From the NCBI GenBank assembly GCA_951406725.2, contig OX597833.1:3348001-3412000 (forward strand): a DNA stretch of 64,000 nt, written 5' to 3'. Both the position numbers and the translations under genes were made by a program. Under the pieces are notes generated by a model, which saw only the letters and a list, made by a program, of their open reading frames with translations, ran no database searches and had not been told where the DNA came from. This document shows, piece by piece, positions 25,686-38,932 of this stretch (the stretch's first letter is position 1; the number at the start of each line of letters is the position of its first letter). The DNA comes from Octopus vulgaris (Eukaryota).

Positions 25686-26844
25686 TATATTAGAGAGAGA
25701 GAGAGAGAGAGAGAGATATTATAGAGCGAAGCCATATTTTTCTTTTCCATACCTGGCATCTCTGAAGAACATGTGTATTAAGTAGCTGCCCTGCTATTTA
25801 ATATCTAGTTGCCTAATATCTGGTGAGAAACCAATTGATTCGATCTGCTGCAATGGATCTATAATACTTTATACTTTGATTCATAATCCCACTATATATA
25901 TATATATCATCATCATCATTATCATCATCATTTAACGTCCATCTGCCATGCTGGCATGGGTGGGATGATTTGACCAGAGCCAGTCAAGCAGAAGCCTGCA
26001 CTAGACTTCTGTCATTGTTTTGGCAGGATTTTTACAGCTGGATGCCCTTCCAAATGCCAACCACTTTACAGTGTGGACTGAATGCTTTTGAAGTGGCACC
26101 TGCACTGACAGGGTTACCAAGTAATCTGAAACTCCAAAAATCTTTTGAGGGGAGTGGGAGCATTGGAGGAAGGGATCTTGTGACAGGTGATGAAAGGTTA
26201 TAAAGAGACAGAGAGACCGAGACAGAAACATCTTCAGCGTGGGTTTCCGCCCTGACATCTGAAACTCAGAGTTTTATCATGGCTACCAAATAATTGTCAC
26301 ATATTATATTTACAGATATATATATATATATATACATACATACATATATATATATATATATGTATGTATGTATATATGTTATGTATGTATATTATATACA
26401 CAACAGGCTTCCACACAGTTTCTGTCTATCATATTCACTCACAAGGCATTTGTTGAGGCTATAATAGAAGGCACTCTTCCAAAGTACCACACAGTGGGAC
26501 TGAACCCAAAACCTTGTAGATGGGAAGCAAACTTCTTAAGCACACAGCCACTTATAGCCCACACCTATGAATATATAAATACACACACAAACACACACAC
26601 AGACACACATACACACACATATACATACTGACACTAATTCATTCATTTAAAATATGTTTAGACATGAAATATCGATATGGCCCAACTCATTAGCAAACTT
26701 GAATATGCTGTTCTTTCGATTGCAATAATTATGCTTTGCAAATAGTAAGTTTGTTGGTTAGAGACATTCACATATTCCCAGAAGTGAAAACATTGTAAAA
26801 CAGTAAAACAAAAATTTATATGTGTGGTTATATGTGTCTTAATA

Positions 26845-27144
26845 TTCCGCTTCGGTTTGTCTGTTTTTATGTTCTGAGTTCAAATTCCACTGAGGTCGAC
26901 TTTGCTTTTCATTCTCTCAGGATGTCAAGGCAGCAAGTTGGTAAAAAAGTTAACATGCCGGGCAAAATTCTTAATGGAGTTTCATCTGTCTTTATGGTCT
27001 GAGTTCAAATTCCACTGAGGTCGACTTTGCCTTTCATCGTTTCGTGGTTGATAAATTAAGTACCAGTTGCATACTGGGGTTAATCTAATCGACTGACCCC
27101 CTTCCCCCAAAAAATTTCAGGCCTTGTGCCTAGAGTAGAAAAGG

Positions 27145-27210
<66 letters not shown>

Positions 27211-27400
27211 GGGAATTGTTAGCATTCTGGACGAAATGCTTAATGGAGTTTCGTCTGTCTTTGTGTTCTGAGTTCAAATTCCACCGAGGTCAAGTTTGCC
27301 TTTTATCCTTTCGCGGTAAATGCATACTGGGGTCTATATAATTGACTGGCCTCACCTCCCCAAAAATTTCGGACCTTATATCTAAAACAGAAAAGAATAT
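26845..27400 (+). mobile_element. Cluster of SINE-B-like copies with an alternative tail
   Basis: Three gagttcaaattccac(t/c)gaggtc cores. Related copies at 31106-31285(-), 12582-12735(+), about 11160-11270(+). Confidence 0.75.
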
Positions 27401-27470
27401 TCCACTTCGGTATTTCAAGACAAATAACCCAAGGTAGAACTCAATATACGTATGTGTTTTGATGTGGGTA

Positions 27471-27878
27471 TACTCTTTTACTCTTTTACTTGTTTCAGTC
27501 ATTTGACTGCGGCCATGCTGGAGCACCGCCTTTAGTCGAGCAACTCGACCCCGGGACTTATTCTTTTGTAAACCCAGTACTTATTTTATCGGTCTCTTTT
27601 TGCCGAACCGCTAAGTGATGGGGACGTAAACACACCAGCATCGGTTGTCAAGCAATGCTAGGGGAACAAACACAGACACACAAACACACACATACATACA
27701 CACACATACACATATATACGACAGGCTTCTTTGAGTTTCCGTCTACCAAATCCACTCACAAGGCATTGGTTGGCCCGGGGTTATAGCAGAAGACACTTGC
27801 CCAAAATGCCACGCAGTGGGACTGAACCCGGAACTATGTGGTTGGTTAGCAAGCTACTTACCACACAGCCACTCCTGC
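27471..27878 (-). mobile_element. SINE-A, full length (young subfamily)
   Basis: Complete match to family A. Confidence 0.9.
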
Positions 27879-28309
27879 AACTATATATATATATAGTTGA
27901 GGTGTGTTCTGTTGAGAACGTATAAGAGTACAAATAGAGCTCATTCCCCCTTAGAATTCCCAAATAGCCAGTGGTACTCTTATGGTATGCTACCAATTCT
28001 AGTCTTGGGTATTCCTCATCTGAAAAATAAAAATTAAAAAGTAAAAGAGACAAAAGGAAGACTAAGTAGTGATTAAAAAGTTGCTTAACTAAACCATCTT
28101 GCCCTTGTTGTGTGTGTGTGTGGGTGTGGGGGGGCTTTCTCTTGGACACCACTTGACGACAGCATGGGTCCACATGGGTGTCTGTAAACCTTGTCATATG
28201 TCCATCCGAGTGAAACTTGTGCAATCACATCATTCACTCTGCCCCATTCACAAATTAACTCATGACAAAATAAGACATGCTTATACATAAATATATACAT
28301 ATATATACG

Positions 28310-28412
<103 letters not shown>

Positions 28413-28494
28413 GCACATATACATATATATATATATATATATATTGTGTCTGCATATATTTCCACACAAATATACTGTACATTTATATGAGTAT

Positions 28495-28571
<77 letters not shown>

Positions 28572-28925
28572 TGTATGTATGTATGTTTGCATGTATGTAT
28601 GCATAGAATATTCTATATATCATAAATTAAGTTGTATATTAAGCATTATACATGTACACGGCCGTCTCGTGAGGCCAATAAATTTCATTAATTCATAAAT
28701 GCAGTGATGAGTAAATCAATGGATGTACCCTGCAGTAAAGTCTAATGAATAACAACATATATAGTATGTGCATGCACACACATGCACACGTGCACATACA
28801 CACGTATAGGTCGAGATCTAAATAGAGATATTGTCGACTAGATCGAGAGACAGAGAGAGAGACATATACATATACACACACACACACATATATATATGTA
28901 TGTGTGTGTGTTATATATGTATATA

Positions 28926-28980
<55 letters not shown>

Positions 28981-28989
28981 ATAATAATA

Positions 28990-29052
28990 TGAGGGATATT
29001 ATTCCAAACTTACAGGGAAAAATTCAATCTAGAAATACTAAATCAAATTTTA

Positions 29053-29104
<52 letters not shown>

Positions 29105-29230
29105 TAGAACAAATATATACATTTTATTTATTATTTTGCACACTATTTAATCATCGTTGTATGTTTTTTCTTATATTTAATCTTTCTATAATATGTAATT
29201 TTCTAGATGGTGTAATTTAATTTTTCATTT
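28990..29230 (+). repeat. Unclassified AT-rich dispersed repeat
   Basis: gagggatattattccaaacttacagggaaaaattcaat...; reverse copy at 43150-43265; both within (TA)n/(TAA)n. Confidence 0.7.
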
Positions 29231-29307
29231 TGAATTGATGAAAGGTGTTTTTTTTTAATAATTTATATATATATATTACATACACATATATATGTATATG
29301 TATATTT

Positions 29308-29345
<38 letters not shown>

Positions 29346-29739
29346 TCTTTAAAATATCTTTTGAATAAAAATCACTAAATACACTCTACTTATTTTGTCA
29401 GCATTTCTTCATTTCCTTTTTATATATATATATATCATCATCATCATCATTATCACCACCGTCATCATCATCATCATCATCGTCGTCGTCGTCGTCGTCG
29501 TCGTCATCAACATCATCATCTAATGTCTGTTTTCCATGCTGGCATGGGTTGGACGGTTTGACAGGCGTTAGTAAGCTAGAGAGCTGCACCAAGTACCGGT
29601 TTTGTTCTGCTTTGGCATGGTTTCTATGGCCGGATGCCCTTCTTAATGCCGACCACTTCACAGAGTGTATTGGGTGCTTTTTACGTGGCACCAGCACCCA
29701 TGGAGTCACCGAATAGTTGCAAAGCAAAATCCTCAAGTA

Positions 29740-30065
29740 TGTGTGGTAAGAATCTTGCTTCCCAACCACACAGTTCCATGTTCAGTCCCACTGCATGGCA
29801 CCTTGGGCAAGTGCCTTCTACTATGGCCTTGGGCCGACCAAAGCCTTGGAAGTGGATTTGGTAGAAGGAAATTGAGAGTATATATCAATGTGTGCGTATC
29901 TTTGTGTCTGTGTTTATCCCCACCCCATTATCGCTTGACAACCAGTGTTGGTGTGTTTACGTCCCCGTAACTTAGCAGGTCAGCGAAAGAGACAGATAGA
30001 ATACATAACAGGCTTAGAAAATAAGTCCTGGGGTCAATTCATTTGACTAAAATATTCAAGGTGCT
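29740..30065 (+). mobile_element. SINE-A, diverged and partial
   Basis: gtgtggtaagaatcttgcttcccaaccac ... aagtcctggggtc. Confidence 0.8.
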
Positions 30066-30794
30066 GCCACATTGTGGCACCTATTCACAATTAGGTGAAC
30101 TGGCCTATTATTAAGTCTGTTAGCCATGGACACGGTACAGTGAAGTGTACCACACTGTGGTAGCTACTTACAGCCACATGGACTGGGGCTATTGACAGTT
30201 AGATGTCCTGGATCCAAACCCAGAATGTAATGCAGCTTGTAGTAGAATGAGAACCAACAACCTTCAGATCCACAGCCCAGTGTCTTATCAACCTACACAC
30301 CCATATCCTCCAATTAACATGATAAAGAATTGAATAATTAATAGAGTATGCATGCATATGTGTATATATGTGTATGTGTGTGTATGTATATGTGTGTATG
30401 TATGTGTATGTATGTATGTGTATGTGTCCATGTATGTGTATGTATGTATGTATGTATGTATGTGTATATGTGTGTATGTGTATGAGAGTGTGTGTATATG
30501 TGTATATGCATGTGTTTGTGTGTGTGTGTGCATGCGTGTGCAGGCTAATGTGTGTGTGTGTGTATGTGTGTGTGTGGGTTAATGTGTGTGTGTGTGTGTG
30601 TGCCTGTTTTTTAATTGGGAAACTGACAAACAAACATATAATTACTTTAGTTTGTGAATTAACATAATAAACAACTGAATAGTTAATTAACGATGCATGT
30701 TAATTAATTGGCAAACTGACAAATGACCAAACATTCAGCTATTCCAGTTAAAACTAGAATAATGATTTCTGGATGTTGAGGCATGAAAAAAAAA

Positions 30795-31100
<306 letters not shown>

Positions 31101-31573
31101 TAGTAATGGTTTCAAATTTTGGCACAAGGCCAGTAATTTTGGGGCAGGAGTTAAGTCGATTACACTGGCCCCAATATGCAACTGGTATTTATATTATCAA
31201 TCCCAAAAGAATGAAAGGTAAAGTCGACCTCGGTGGAATTTGAACTCAGAATGTACAGACTGATGAAATGCTACTAAACATTTGATAGACCCTTAAAGTG
31301 GTCTTTAGTAACCATCTGTCAACAGTTCCACAAATCACCAAACCCATTCCCATTTTTATAAACAACCCCAACAAAATTAATTTTAATTAGACAGGAAATA
31401 AAACAAAGATACTTTTAGAGAGAAAATTCATTCATTTAAAAAATCGTGTTTAATGACATTATTTTGGAAAATGGCAAATAGTATTTTATTAAATTTCATT
31501 TGAAAACACCAAATCTTGGATAACTACAATTTTTTACAGAGAATCCTGGCTTCCTCAGAACTTTATTTAAAAA

Positions 31574-32050
31574 TTAGCAGTATCGCCTGGCGTTGCACGG
31601 ATTTGTTTCAAACCTTTAGAATTGGAATTTTTGAAAAGTAATTATAGGGACTAGCAGTATCACCCGGTGCAGCTCGGGTTTGTTTCGGAAACCCTTTAGA
31701 ATTGAAATTTTTGAAAAGTAAAAATTTTGCATTATGTAGCTTGTTATTCTCTTTAAGTGAACATTTTTCTGGTTGAAATACACCAAAAACTAGTGACACA
31801 GCAGTCAGAAAATAGTAAAAAGTAGGGATTTTCATAGAAAAAAAGCACCTTTTTGATGTAAATAATTTTTGGTGTTAACATGGTCCGATTTGAATTTTTT
31901 CTTCTACGGAAGAAAGAGCAAGCCTTCTTCTATCATACTCTCGATTTTGGTCAACTTGCACCGCAGGGTCTCAGAGGAGATAGGGTTAGTTGAAGGCTAC
32001 CAAACCTGCCAAACACTGAAGACAGCTTCAGCTTTATATATATAGAGAGA
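31574..32050 (-). mobile_element. Non-autonomous Helitron (31651-32050) plus an extra tandem 3' end (31574-31640)
   Basis: Reverse strand: 5' TC(TC)TATATATAAAGCTGAAG ... hairpin CCCGAGCtgcaCCGGG ... CTAG 3', between A and T. Confidence 0.8.
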
Positions 32051-32100
32051 TTACTGTTCTAGACCAATGGTTTCCAAACATATCTTGCCATGGAGCTCAT

Positions 32101-33050
32101 ACTGTGATCTGGATGCAGAAGGGGCAACCTGGTGAAAAGGGACCAAAAACAGAAAATTAAAATGCTGAGATCAGCATAGTAAGAACTCTGGTCTACTGAC
32201 TGATCTAATGTTCCTGGATATTTGGTAAAATTCTTTAGGGATGAAATTTAAAATGATCTTAAAAATCTTTGCAGTTGGGATAAGCAAGGCAGACACACTA
32301 AACAGACTTGTGTGAGCTCTTCAGATAAAAACTTACATTGCTGTGGTTATAAGCAGAAGCAGCAGAGACTTAGTCATCAGTCTTACCAAATTTGGTTGGT
32401 CGGCAAGAAATTATTTTGCCTTGCTCACCCAACTGCAAGGGTCTTTTAAGATCCTTTCAAATTACACCCTTAAAGAGTCTTACCGATTCTCTATCACCCA
32501 GAGACATCAGATGACTCAGTAGACAAAAGCCCTTACTATGATCATATCAGTATTTTCATTTACATTTAAGGCGGCGAGCTGGCAGAAACGTTAGCATGCC
32601 GGGTGAAATGCGTAGCTGTATTTCGTCTGCTGTTACGTTCTGAGTTCAAATTCCGCCAAGGTCGACATTGCCTTTCATCCTTTTGGGGTCGATAAATTAA
32701 GTACCAGTTATGCACTGAGGTCGATATAATCGACTTAATCCGTTTGTCTGTCCTTGTTTGTCCCTCCTGTATTTAGCCCCTTGTGGTTAGTAATGAAATA
32801 GGTATTTTGTCTGCCATTACATTCTGAGTTTAAATTCCGCCGAGGTCGACTTTGCCTTTCATCCTTTCAGGGTCGATTAAATAAGTACCAGTTACGCACT
32901 GGGGTCGATGTAATCAACTTAATACCTATGTCTGTCCTTGTTTGTCCCCTCTGTGTTTAGCCCCTTGTGGGTAGTAAAGAAATAGATATTTTCATTTACA
33001 TTTTTTTGTCCCTATTCACCAAGATATCCCTGTTGCTCTCAAATCATGGT
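32101..33050. mobile_element. Foldback/MITE with ~190-bp imperfect TIRs, right arm interrupted by the SINE-B dimer
   Basis: gatcttaaaaatctttgcagttgggataagcaaggca versus tgccttgctcacccaactgcaagggtcttttaagatc; outer arms also pair; TA at both ends. Confidence 0.75.
32568..32986 (+). mobile_element. SINE-B dimer with 17-bp target-site duplication
   Basis: TSD tattttcatttacattt at 32551-32567 and 32987-33003; junction at 32801. Confidence 0.9.
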
Positions 33051-33248
33051 ATAAAATTTTCTAAAGCTCTAAGAATCTATACCTATATCTTACAGAAGAC
33101 AATCGATATCTATATCTTAGAGACAATCCATACCTACATTTTGTAGACAACCCTGCTACCCTGAATTTGTATTTCATTTAAGAGAACCCCTTACAATTGG
33201 AATTCAATATCTTCTTTGTTTCAAACCCATTCTCTTTGATTATTTCAG

Positions 33249-33319
33249 ATCTATAAAAGACTAAAAGGAGAAAAGCAAGACAACAAAAGACTTTCATTCT
33301 CAGATATTTGATTCCAAAA
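33249..33319 (+). other. 5' UTR portion of the SLC17-like exon (after acceptor AG 33247-33248; alternative AG 33302-33303)
   Basis: Polypyrimidine tract plus CAG upstream of the ATG implies an upstream non-coding exon. Confidence 0.55.
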
Positions 33320-33494
33320 ATGGATACGAGCAGCCAAGAATTAGACGAGTTATGCGATAAAAGGTCGTCTTTGAGACGTTCTTACAGTGAAGAAATGACC
33401 AGCAGTACTTTGGCCAATCCTTTCCAGAAGCCATGCTGTTGTTGTTACATTCCAAAGAGATATATTTTGGCATGTATGGCCTTTCTTGGGTTCG
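33320..33494 (+). CDS. First coding exon of an SLC17-family (sialin/vesicular glutamate transporter-like) MFS anion transporter; partial CDS
   Basis: ATG at 33320 gives MDTSSQELDELCDKRSSLRRSYSEEMTSSTLANPFQKPCCCCYIPKRYILACMAFLGF, then G|GTGAGT donor at 33495 (phase 1). PKRYILACMAFLGF resembles the SLC17 TM1 entry (VGLUT PKRYIIAIMSGLGF; sialin-type RY..A.LAFFGF). Upstream acceptors: ttctctttgattatttcag (33248) and ctttcattctcag (33303). Confidence 0.85.
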
Positions 33495-33828
33495 GTGAGT
33501 CATTTATGCTTTTGGTCATTTTTGTGAAGGTTCAAATTTTTGCATTGATTTCCTTTTGCTTGTAATATAGTTCGTTTTTGCTTGTCTTTGTCTTTTAACT
33601 CCTTCATTGTGTCAATGAGTAACATTACACACACACACACTTGTCTATGTGTGTGTGTGTGCGTTTATAACTAGTGAAAAACAGAGATATAGTGATATCT
33701 GTACCTCCATTCTTTGTCATATTATACTCAATGACTGAAAGAAACTTCTCAGATTTTTAAGTTTGTTTGCAACAAATACTTTTACCAAAGAACTGTTCCT
33801 TTCTGTACATTCTCCTATAAATAAATAA

Positions 33829-33877
<49 letters not shown>

Positions 33878-33880
<3 letters not shown>

Positions 33881-34064
33881 AGAGTTTACGAAAAAGACAA
33901 AAGACGAAGACAGGTGGTGTACAAAACAAACAGATGTATTAGTATAACGCTCAGGAATTGAAACAGTCTTTTACGTTTCGAGCCTACGCTCTTCTACAGA
34001 AAGGGACACAGAAAAAAACAAGGAGAGAAAAAATGTGTGCAGTGGCTAACCATCTATCATGGTG
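33878..34064 (-). mobile_element. Hammerhead-bearing short element, copy 2
   Basis: Reverse strand 34003-33968: CTTT-CTGTAGA-A-GAGC-GTAG-GCTC-GAAAC-GTA-AAAG; (TA)n flanks. Confidence 0.7.
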
Positions 34065-34283
34065 ATATATATAGATCTATCATGTGTATATATATATATA
34101 TCATCATCATCATCATTTAGCGTCCGCTTTCCATGCTAGAATGGGTTGGACGGTTCAACTGGAGTCTGTGAAGCCAGAAGGCTGCATCAGGCCCAGTCTG
34201 ATCTGGCAGTGTTTCTATGGCTGGATACCCTTCCTAACGCCAACCACTCCGTGAATGTAGTGGGTGCTTTTACATATATATAC

Positions 34284-34346
<63 letters not shown>

Positions 34347-34751
34347 ATATATATGTATATATATACACACACACATATAGATATATATACATACATTACA
34401 TACATACATGTATACATACATATATATAAAGTTTCTGTTATTGAACAAGAGAACAAGATCCTGTCCAGATTAAGAATGCAGTCGCACGAACCTTGATCTT
34501 CTCCCAACTGAATTCATTTAAATGGGCCAAAGAGGAATAATTCTCCATTTTCTTTTCTCGTTTTTCCCATTCCACTTTTTTCATTTCCCTGCTTCTTGCT
34601 TTTTCTTGTGTTTTAAACAAAGACCAGCCATGTTGCCTGTTGTATATGGGAGCCTGAAAAACTTGCTTGGGACCACATAGTTGTCATGTTTTCACAGTAT
34701 GGAACTAATACTAGGTCAAATTTAAATCCTATACATACATATGTATATATT

Positions 34752-34880
34752 ATAATGGGGGAAGCTGGTTTATGGGGTTACACTGGATTTGTTGTCCATA
34801 AAGGGGTTGGCCTTACAGTGTATTGTCAGACCCTAAACCTGTTGGCCTAAAAAGACCTCTTCAAGATATTTTGAAGAGGT
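34752..34880 (-). mobile_element. Decayed copy of the second hammerhead-like repeat family
   Basis: Reverse complement aligns with 61649-61780 (tacact.taa.g, tttatgga, cccataaacc.gc); GGGT-CTGACAA...GTA-ACCC. Confidence 0.5.
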
Positions 34881-34942
34881 CTGAGGTCAACAGATTTGGG
34901 TGTCTAACATAGAGGGGGGGTTATTATTATTATTATTATTAT

Positions 34943-34981
<39 letters not shown>

Positions 34982-35268
34982 CTTTCATCTTCCAAATGCA
35001 CACACAAGGCTTTGGTTAGCCAAAAGCTATGCAAGAAGACACTTGTCCACGGTACCACACGGTGGGACTGAACCCAGGTCCTTATGAATTGGAAGTAAAC
35101 TTCTTAACTACATAGTCATACCTGCATTTATATACCCAAGTAAAATTGTGTATAATATAAAGCAGAGATTCTCAAACTGACGTATACCAGGATCCAACCC
35201 CACCAAAAACAGAGAAAGGGTTTTGGCCCCCTCATCTTTATTAAGTAGAAAGCAAAATACAATTTATA

Positions 35269-35660
35269 TCTCTCTATATATAAAGCTGAAGTTGTCTGTG
35301 TATGGCAGGTTTGGTAGCCTTCAACTAACACTATCTTCTCCAAGACCCTGTGGTGCAAGTTGACCAAAATTGAGATTATGATAGAAGAAGGCTTGCTCTT
35401 CCTTCCTTTGAAGAAGAAACTCAAATCGGACCATGTTAACACCAAACATTATTTACATCAAAAAGGAGCTTTTTTTCTATGAAAATCCCTATTTTTTACG
35501 ATTTTTTGACTGCTGTGTCACCATTTTTCGGTATATTTCAACCAGAAAAATGTCCACTTAAAGAGAATAACAAGCTACATAATGCAGAATTTTTACTTTT
35601 CAAAAATTCCAATTCTAAAGGGTCGAAACAAACCCGAGCAATACCAGGTGACACTGCTAG
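35269..35660 (+). mobile_element. Non-autonomous Helitron, same family
   Basis: A|TC...aacccgagcaataccaggtgacactgCTAG|T; aligns along its length with 31651-32050. Confidence 0.8.
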
Positions 35661-36157
35661 TCCCTATAATAGTTCTTCTTCCCACAGGTTTCTGATTTCT
35701 TGGAATTATAGCCATGGAAATACCAAGAGAAAAAAACTCAACTTAAATTTGTTAAACATGTCCATCTGCATGGCCCTTTTCCAATCCCCAAAACCCTAAC
35801 ACCTTCACCTTTTACACCATGTGAAATATTGGTAAAGAGGGACAGTTTTGCAGCGATGTAGCACACATGCAGGTGAATAAAGTTTGCGTGTTTGATGAAT
35901 GCAGTTGATTGCAATTAAATGCAACTGTTGATTGCTAGTTATTGGTGGCGCTACAGGCATACAATGTAGATATGTGAAGAATTCTGTAGTTAGGAGTCTG
36001 CTTGTCTGAATGAAGAAGCAAGACAAAGAGCAAGAGAGGTTAGGTGAGATGAGGTGTGGTGTGAGGAGGGTGTGGTGAGGTAAGACAGTTAGAAACATAT
36101 TATATATATATATATATATACATATATACATATATACATATATATATACATATATAC

Positions 36158-36211
<54 letters not shown>

Positions 36212-36450
36212 TATATACACATACATAAATATACACACATACATGGGTATGCTTACATATGTGCGATTGTGTGTATGTGTGTGTGTATGTATCTATGTAT
36301 ACTTGAAAACACATTATATTGCATTCTGTTTAATGTGTGTGTGTTTATATACATGCCTGCAAGAATTTGTGTGTGTAGACACACATATATTTGTGCACAA
36401 GTATATATATATATATACATTGACAGATATATACACAAATACATCTATAT

Positions 36451-36491
<41 letters not shown>

Positions 36492-36547
36492 TGTATGTAT
36501 GTATACATATACACATATATGTACATACAGATATATATACATATATA

Positions 36548-36583
<36 letters not shown>

Positions 36584-37037
36584 CAAAATTTATATGTATA
36601 TAATATTTGTATATACACGAATATATGTATAGATGTATACATACATATATATCTATATAGTAGAGAGTGCAAAGAAATAGAAGAGAATACAAAAGAGATG
36701 AGAAAGAAAGAAAGAAGGAAAGAAAAAAGAAAGAAAGAGAGAAAGAAACACTAATAATGATCGAAGACTATAGCAAGACCTAAAAGGGCAAAAAAAAAAA
36801 ATGAAAAATGAGAGAGAAGGCGGGGGGGGTGGGTGATGGCGAGGTCGATGTGAAGAGAAGCTTCCAGAATGAATGGAGATATTTCTGTTGAAATTAGAAT
36901 GTATTCAGTGAGAAATGGGTGAATGTTGGGAATAGTTCTGATAGTCTTGTGGGGTGGAAGGATGAAAATGGTATACGTAGGTATGCTTGGGACATACCTA
37001 CATACATACACATACATACATACATACATACGTTTAA

Positions 37038-37077
<40 letters not shown>

Positions 37078-37607
37078 ACATACATACATACATACATACA
37101 TACGTATAAAGACATATATATATATATATTTACATACATATATAGATAGATAGATAGATAGGTAGATAGGTAGATAGATAAATAGATAGGTAGGTAGACA
37201 GAGATAGAAAGAGAGAGAGAGAGATATGCATACATAGAAAATATATACATAAGTATATATATATACACACACACACTTTGCATATACATATATGTATACT
37301 GTATAAATATATATACATATAAACCTGTATAAGCATATCTGTGCGTATGTGTATATATGTGTTTGTGTATGGGAGAATAAGTAAGTACTCAATACTCAAT
37401 AAAAGTAGAGCAAAATATTCTGAATTATTCACAATTCTGTTTCAATTACTCTAAAGCTTTTCTCTTTGCCCAGCATCTGGCCCATTCCTGAAACAATAAA
37501 TATTCACTTACAAAGATGGAATTCATGCCATGATGGTTGACCGACGAGAGAATATGTTTGGTTGCATGGCTAGATGCAGAAAGGTTATAGCTAACTGATC
37601 ATCTACA

Positions 37608-38290
37608 CCGGTGATTCTCAACCAGGGTCCACATGGCCCTTGGGGTTCCACATGGTGCTTGCGGGCCCACATGGCCCTTGCAGCTCCTCATAAAATTTCG
37701 CTGATAGAATTTACATACCATGTATTGGGTATAATTCTACAATACACAAAATATACTCTCTCTCTCTCTCTTTACACTTTTACTTGTTTCAGTCATCCGA
37801 CTGCAGCCATGCTGGAGCACCGCCTTTAATTGAGCAAATCGACCCCGGGACTTATTCTTTTGTAAGCCCGGTATTTATTCTATCGGTATCTTTTGGCAAA
37901 CCACTAAGTAACAGGGAAATAAACACACCAGCATCGGTTGTCAAGCAATGCTAGGGGGACAAACACAGACACACAAACACACACACGCATATATATATAC
38001 ATATATAATATGTATATGTATATATATACGATGGGCTTCTTTCAGTTTCCATCTACCAAATCTACTCACAAGGCTTTGGTCAGCCTGAGGCTATAGTAGA
38101 AGACACTTGCCCAAGGTGCCACGCAGTGGGACTGATCCCGGAACCATGTGGTTGGTAAACAAGCTACTTACCACACAGCCACTCCTGCGCCTATATCTTA
38201 ACAATTATTTAAAAGAATTCTTTTATGATATTTAAATATAAAAATACAATAGGATTTTTTAAAGCATTATTATATGGCTTTGAGGGTCCA
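37608..38290. mobile_element. hAT-like MITE interrupted by SINE-A
   Basis: c(c)ggtgattctcaaccagggtccac start resembles hAT/Charlie termini; gggtccac recurs at about 38284. Confidence 0.45.
37770..38192 (-). mobile_element. SINE-A, full length, inserted in an hAT-like MITE
   Basis: Complete match to family A. Confidence 0.9.
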
Positions 38291-38470
38291 CCAAGGGAAA
38301 GGCAAAGGAGATTATACAGCTTCGCACCAGTGATGTCGCAACTCATTTCTACAGCTGAGTGAACTGGAGCAACGTGAAATAAAGTGTCTTGCTCAAGAAC
38401 ACAACACACAGCCTGGTCCAGGAATCAAACTCACAACCTCCCGATCATAAGCTTTACACACTAACCATAG
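38290..38470 (-). mobile_element. SINE-C, 5' half
   Basis: Matches the family C head and central domain. Confidence 0.8.
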
Positions 38471-38756
38471 AACCATACCCCTTCACATAGAGACATAGGT
38501 ATACATATATTGCACAAGCGTCTATTAACACAATGTGTATATGCATACATCTGCTTACCGACACCAATGGCTGGCATTATTTCTAAATCTTCTCCATAAT
38601 TGCAATGTCCCTGATAAAAAAACCCTGAAAACAGTGGCACCTTTAATTCTTTGCAACACAAACTGTTGGAAACATTTTGGCCTGGTGCCAAGGTGTGAAT
38701 GCATATACACAGACAAAAACATACCTTCACTCATATATCTAAATCTATCTCTCTAC

Positions 38757-38828
<72 letters not shown>

Positions 38829-38869
38829 ATCTATCTATCTATCTATATCTATATCTATCTATCTATCTG

Positions 38870-38932
<63 letters not shown>

